64,000 nucleotides of DNA from Eledone cirrhosa (lineage: Eukaryota): assembly GCA_964016885.1 (NCBI GenBank), contig OZ024753.1, forward strand, positions 37,262,001 to 37,326,000, given 5' to 3'. The notes below the pieces were generated by a model. It searched no databases. It worked only from the letters and a program-made list of their open reading frames with translations, and was not told the origin of the DNA. Position numbers and translations under genes: made by a program. Every line of letters begins with the position of its first letter. The first letter of the stretch is position 1. Of this stretch, positions 59,326 through 64,000 are shown one piece after another.

Positions 59326-60501
59326 TGTATGTATAATATATTTTCTACCGAGAAATAATGTCACCAATGAAAAGACCAATAGATAATAATTTCCTTGGTT
59401 CTATCTGACGATTGCCCATATTCTACAGAAACTTTTACAAAAAAGCAACCACAACAATAACGAAATAGCATAAATGAAACATATGTAAGAAGACCATCAG
59501 GAACAGAGAGTAATTAAAGAGGCAGTAGAAACACAGAGTAGGTACCTAGTTAACAGACTGTTAACCACTTCCATATTGTCCATGTATATATATACCATTG
59601 TAGTAGTGGTGGTGGTGATGGTAATGATGGTGGTGGACGTGGTGTTGCTGTTGGTGGTGGCGGTCGTCGTCGTCGTGGTTGTCTTGGTAGTGGTGGTCGT
59701 GGTTCTGGTGTGGTGGTGGTCGTCGTCGTCGTCGTCGCCGTTGTGGCAATGGTGGTGGTGGTGGTGGTGGTGGTGGTGGTGGTGGTGGTGGTGGTGGTAA
59801 TGGTGGTGGTCGTCGTGGTATTGCTGTTGGTGGTGGTGGTCGTCGTCGTCGTCGCCGTTGTGGCAATAGTAGTGGTGGTGGTGGTGGTGATGTCTGTATA
59901 GTTATAGATATATGTACCTCTCTCTCCCACACCACCCCCCACCCCACAGACACACAGACAGATACAGAGACAGTCAAACACACACAGGCACAGAAACAGT
60001 CACAGACAAACAGGCAATCACATACACACACACATACATACACACACTTCAACTACCGTGTGCCACCTAAACGGTTCTTAATAAAAGTAATGATGTCTTA
60101 TTCTCAACATCGAAATTCGATATGGTTATTGTAGCTAACAAGTTATTTCAGCCGGTCCGCGGCAAAGGAACCAAGTCGTTGACATCCTTCTAACAAGATT
60201 CTCTTTGACGTTTTTTGCCCTCTTGTTCGTTGGTCACCATGAGTGGGTGGCATTAGGTTAGGAAGTGGGTCTGTGGGGGTTTCTGAGGGTTTGGGGGGTT
60301 TGGGGAGTTTGTGCAAGTCTGGGGTTTTGTGGTGGAAGTAGTAAGGGATATCCAGATCTTTGTTTGCCTCTAATTAACGTGGCACTACCAGCACACAGGA
60401 ACAGACATAGAAACATACACAAATACACACATACATACACACATACACAAATACACACATATATACACATAAACACTGTAATATATATATATGTGTATAT
60501 G

Positions 60502-60603
<102 letters not shown>

Positions 60604-60831
60604 CATATATACATATATACATATATATATATACATATATATATGTATATATATATATATATATTTACATAACTACATAAAACGGAGAAAGCTATTAGCG
60701 ATACTCCGACCAATTTCCAACTCACTCAACAAATATTAGGAAATACCGGAGTATATCCCCAATTAAACGTTTGGAGTGCTAACTATATTGTATTGTGTGG
60801 ATATATATATATATATACTACATGTGTGTGG

Positions 60832-60867
<36 letters not shown>

Positions 60868-60869
60868 TT

Positions 60870-60945
60870 ATATATTTGTTCTGCAACATTCTTGACGTGA
60901 AATCGTGTTGATACCGATATCGTTATATTTGGTGAGGGCCAACAT
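60870..60945 (-). mobile_element. Diverged relative of the family E terminus
   Basis: tgaaatcgtgttgataccgatatcgttatatttggtgagggcc versus 17431-17476. Confidence 0.55.
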
Positions 60946-61598
60946 TTCCAAAATTATCAATAAAAAGATTTATTGAGCCCATTCTTGAGGCACATTTGAA
61001 ATCTAAATGCAAAAAATAACTAAAAACAGTCGATCACAATTAATAATAATAAAAGAAACGAACTCTGTATCTTTCGAATTCCGACAGAGATTTTTAGAAA
61101 TACGTTGGTCTTCCATAAAATACATTACCGGTCTTGGGTCACGACGAAAACCTCTCTCGGCTCAAACCCATGGTCAGTCTTGATAGAAATGTGACTTAAA
61201 CTGTAATCAAATTAAAATATGATTACATTGCGATAGGAAAATATAAAAAATATATTCATAGTTTGTCCTTGTGGCTAATAAATAAAAGATATAAAGTTTT
61301 CATATTCATAACAACAATTAAAAATGGCGGCAGCCAAGAGGAAAGAGGAAAGTGGATCTTGTTGACTGAAAATAGAAAAATACGCGCGCAAACACACAAG
61401 CACATACGTTCACACATAGAGATGCACACACACATGCACACATATATATCAATAAATGTATATCATGCATATATATACATGTGTGTGTGCGTATGTATAT
61501 ATATGTATATGCATGTGTGTTTATATATGTATGTATTATGTATATGTATATGCATGTGTGTGTTTATATATACGTATATATGTATATGCATGTGTCTT

Positions 61599-61637
<39 letters not shown>

Positions 61638-61734
61638 GTATATATATATATGTAAGTATGTATGTATACGTACATACATATATGTATACAGACGTACAGT
61701 AGCATGAATATATATATATATACATACATACATT

Positions 61735-61861
<127 letters not shown>

Positions 61862-62099
61862 GTACACACAAACACATGCACACATATACATACATATATA
61901 CATAAAAATGCCAGTCTAGGAGGAAGTAGCGTTTGAGGAAATTAAGTGAAAAGTGAGGAAGGCTGCTGTAACGGTGAACAAAATAAACCAATGAGGAAAT
62001 GGCGGTTTGAGCAGCTTGAAGAGAGGACATTGGGATTAATAAGACGAAGAAACATTGAAATAATTGGAAGAAAACACTTGAAAATCTGATTCTGTAGGT

Positions 62100-63592
62100 C
62101 TGTATGTGTGTGTGTATGTATGTGTGTATCTATGTATGTGTGTGTGTATGTATGCATGTGTGTATGTGTGTATGTATGTGTGTTTGTTTGTGAGTGTATG
62201 TGTGTATGTATGTGTGTATGTATGTATGTATGTAAGTGTGTGTGTATGTATGTAAGTGTGTATGTATGTTTGTGTATTTATGTGTGTATGTGTGTGTGTA
62301 TGTGTGTATGCATGTATGTGTGTATGTATGCATGTGTGTATGTATGTACGTGTGTATGAATGTTTGTGTATTTATGTGTGTATGTATGCGTTTGTTTGTG
62401 TGTGTGTATGTATGTGTGTTTGTTTGTGTGTATGCATGTATGTGTGTATGTATGCATGTGTGTATGTATGTAATTGTGTATGTATGTTTGTGTATTTATG
62501 TGTGTAAGTGTGTGTTTGTTTGTGTGTGTGTATGTATATGTGTATGTATGTGTGTTTGTTTGTGTGTATGCATGTATGTGTGTATGTATGCATGTGTGTA
62601 TGTATGTAAGTGTGTATGAATGTTTGTGTATTTATGTGTGTATGTATGCGTTTGTTTGTGTGTGTGTATGTATGTGTGTTTGTTTGTGTGTATGCATGTA
62701 TGTGTGTATGTATGCATGTGTGTATGTATGTAAGTGTGTATGAATGTTTGTGTATTTATGTGTGTATGTATGTAAGTGTGTATGAATGTTTGTGTATTTA
62801 TGTGTGTATGTATGCGTTTGTTTGTGTGTGTGTATGTATGTGTGTTTGTTTGTGTGTATGCATGTATGTGTGTATGTATGCATGTGTGTATGTATGTAAT
62901 TGTGTATGTATGTTTGTGTATTTATGTGTGTAAGTGTGTGTTTGTTTGTGTGTGTGTATGTATGTGTGTTTGTTTGTGTGTATGCATGTATGTGTGTATG
63001 TATGCATGTGTGTATGTATGTGTGTATGTATGTTTGTGTATTTATGTGTGTATGTGTGTATGTATGTGTGTTTGTTTGTGTGTATGTATGTATGTCTGTA
63101 TGTATGTATGTATGTATGTATGTATGTATGTGTGTATGTATGTATGTGTGTATGTGTCTACGTATGTATGTATGTGTGTATGTATGAATGTGTGTATGTA
63201 TGTGTGTACGTATGTATGTATGTGTGTATGTATGTATGCATGTGTGTATGTGTGTATGTATGCATGTGTGTATGTATGTAAGTGTGTATGTATGTTTGTG
63301 TATTTATGTGTGTATGTGTGTATGTATGTGTGTTTGTTTGTATGTATGTGTGTATGTGTGTATGTGTGTTTGTAATGATGTATGTATGTTGATAGGTAGG
63401 TAGGTATGTATATGTATATATGTATATATGTATGTGTGTATGTATGTGTATGTATGAATTTATGTATTCATATGTGTATGTGTATATGTATGTATTTATG
63501 TATGTATGTTGGTAGGTATGTATGTGTATGTAGATATATATGTACGTATGTGTGTATGTATGTATGTGTGTGTATGTATGTAAGTATGTAGG
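62100..63592. repeat. Higher-order (TG)/(TGTA) satellite
   Basis: Recurring blocks such as tgtatgaatgtttgtgtatttatgtgtg. Confidence 0.9.
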
Positions 63593-63695
63593 TAGGTATG
63601 TATGCATGTATGTGTGTATGTGTTAGCGTGTGAGTATATGTGTGTTATCATGAAAGTATGTACCTATTCGTGAGTGTTTGTCATTTTGAATGAAT

Positions 63696-63731
<36 letters not shown>

Positions 63732-64000
63732 TATTAACTTCTCTCCATTCTCTGTTATTTTCATTGATTTATTTACTTGGTTAATTCAGGTTCTTAAGCC
63801 TGCGGCTGATATCAAAGACGTGCATGAATACATACATACATATATATATATACATACATACACAGATACATACATACATACATACATACAAACATACATA
63901 CATACATACATACATACATACATACATACATACATACATACATACATACATACATACATACATACACACATACATTCACACATACATACATACATACATA
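63593..64000. repeat. Right arm of the inverted duplication (runs off the window)
   Basis: Reverse complement of 58870-59325 with a shorter (TA)n tract. Confidence 0.92.

Overview
AT-rich, very microsatellite-dense eukaryotic DNA with one 200-N gap. The SINE families and the (TA)n/(TACA)n content suggest an Octopus (cephalopod) genome; this is inference from remembered repeat families. No host protein-coding exon could be supported, and nearly all listed ORFs are microsatellite read-throughs. Real coding remnants are all transposon-derived: a frameshifted 5'-truncated CR1-group LINE RT (30204-32460), a Penelope-like element (PLE) GIY-YIG endonuclease split by a 5' inversion (17394-18338), an RTE 3' end with a 5' inversion and 12-bp TSD (44051-44440) and a decayed Tc1/mariner transposase (about 3036-3280). 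There are also more than 15 tRNA-derived SINE copies, four copies of an RTE-like non-autonomous element and a hAT-like MITE. The standout signal is about 10 sequence-distinct small element families sitting in (TA)n tracts. Each carries a minimal type-I hammerhead ribozyme (CUGANGA...GAAA...NUH, usually with a palindromic stem III), and many form fold-back palindromes of 100-400 bp. One family has a U3-A8 compensatory core. All folds and alignments were done by eye.
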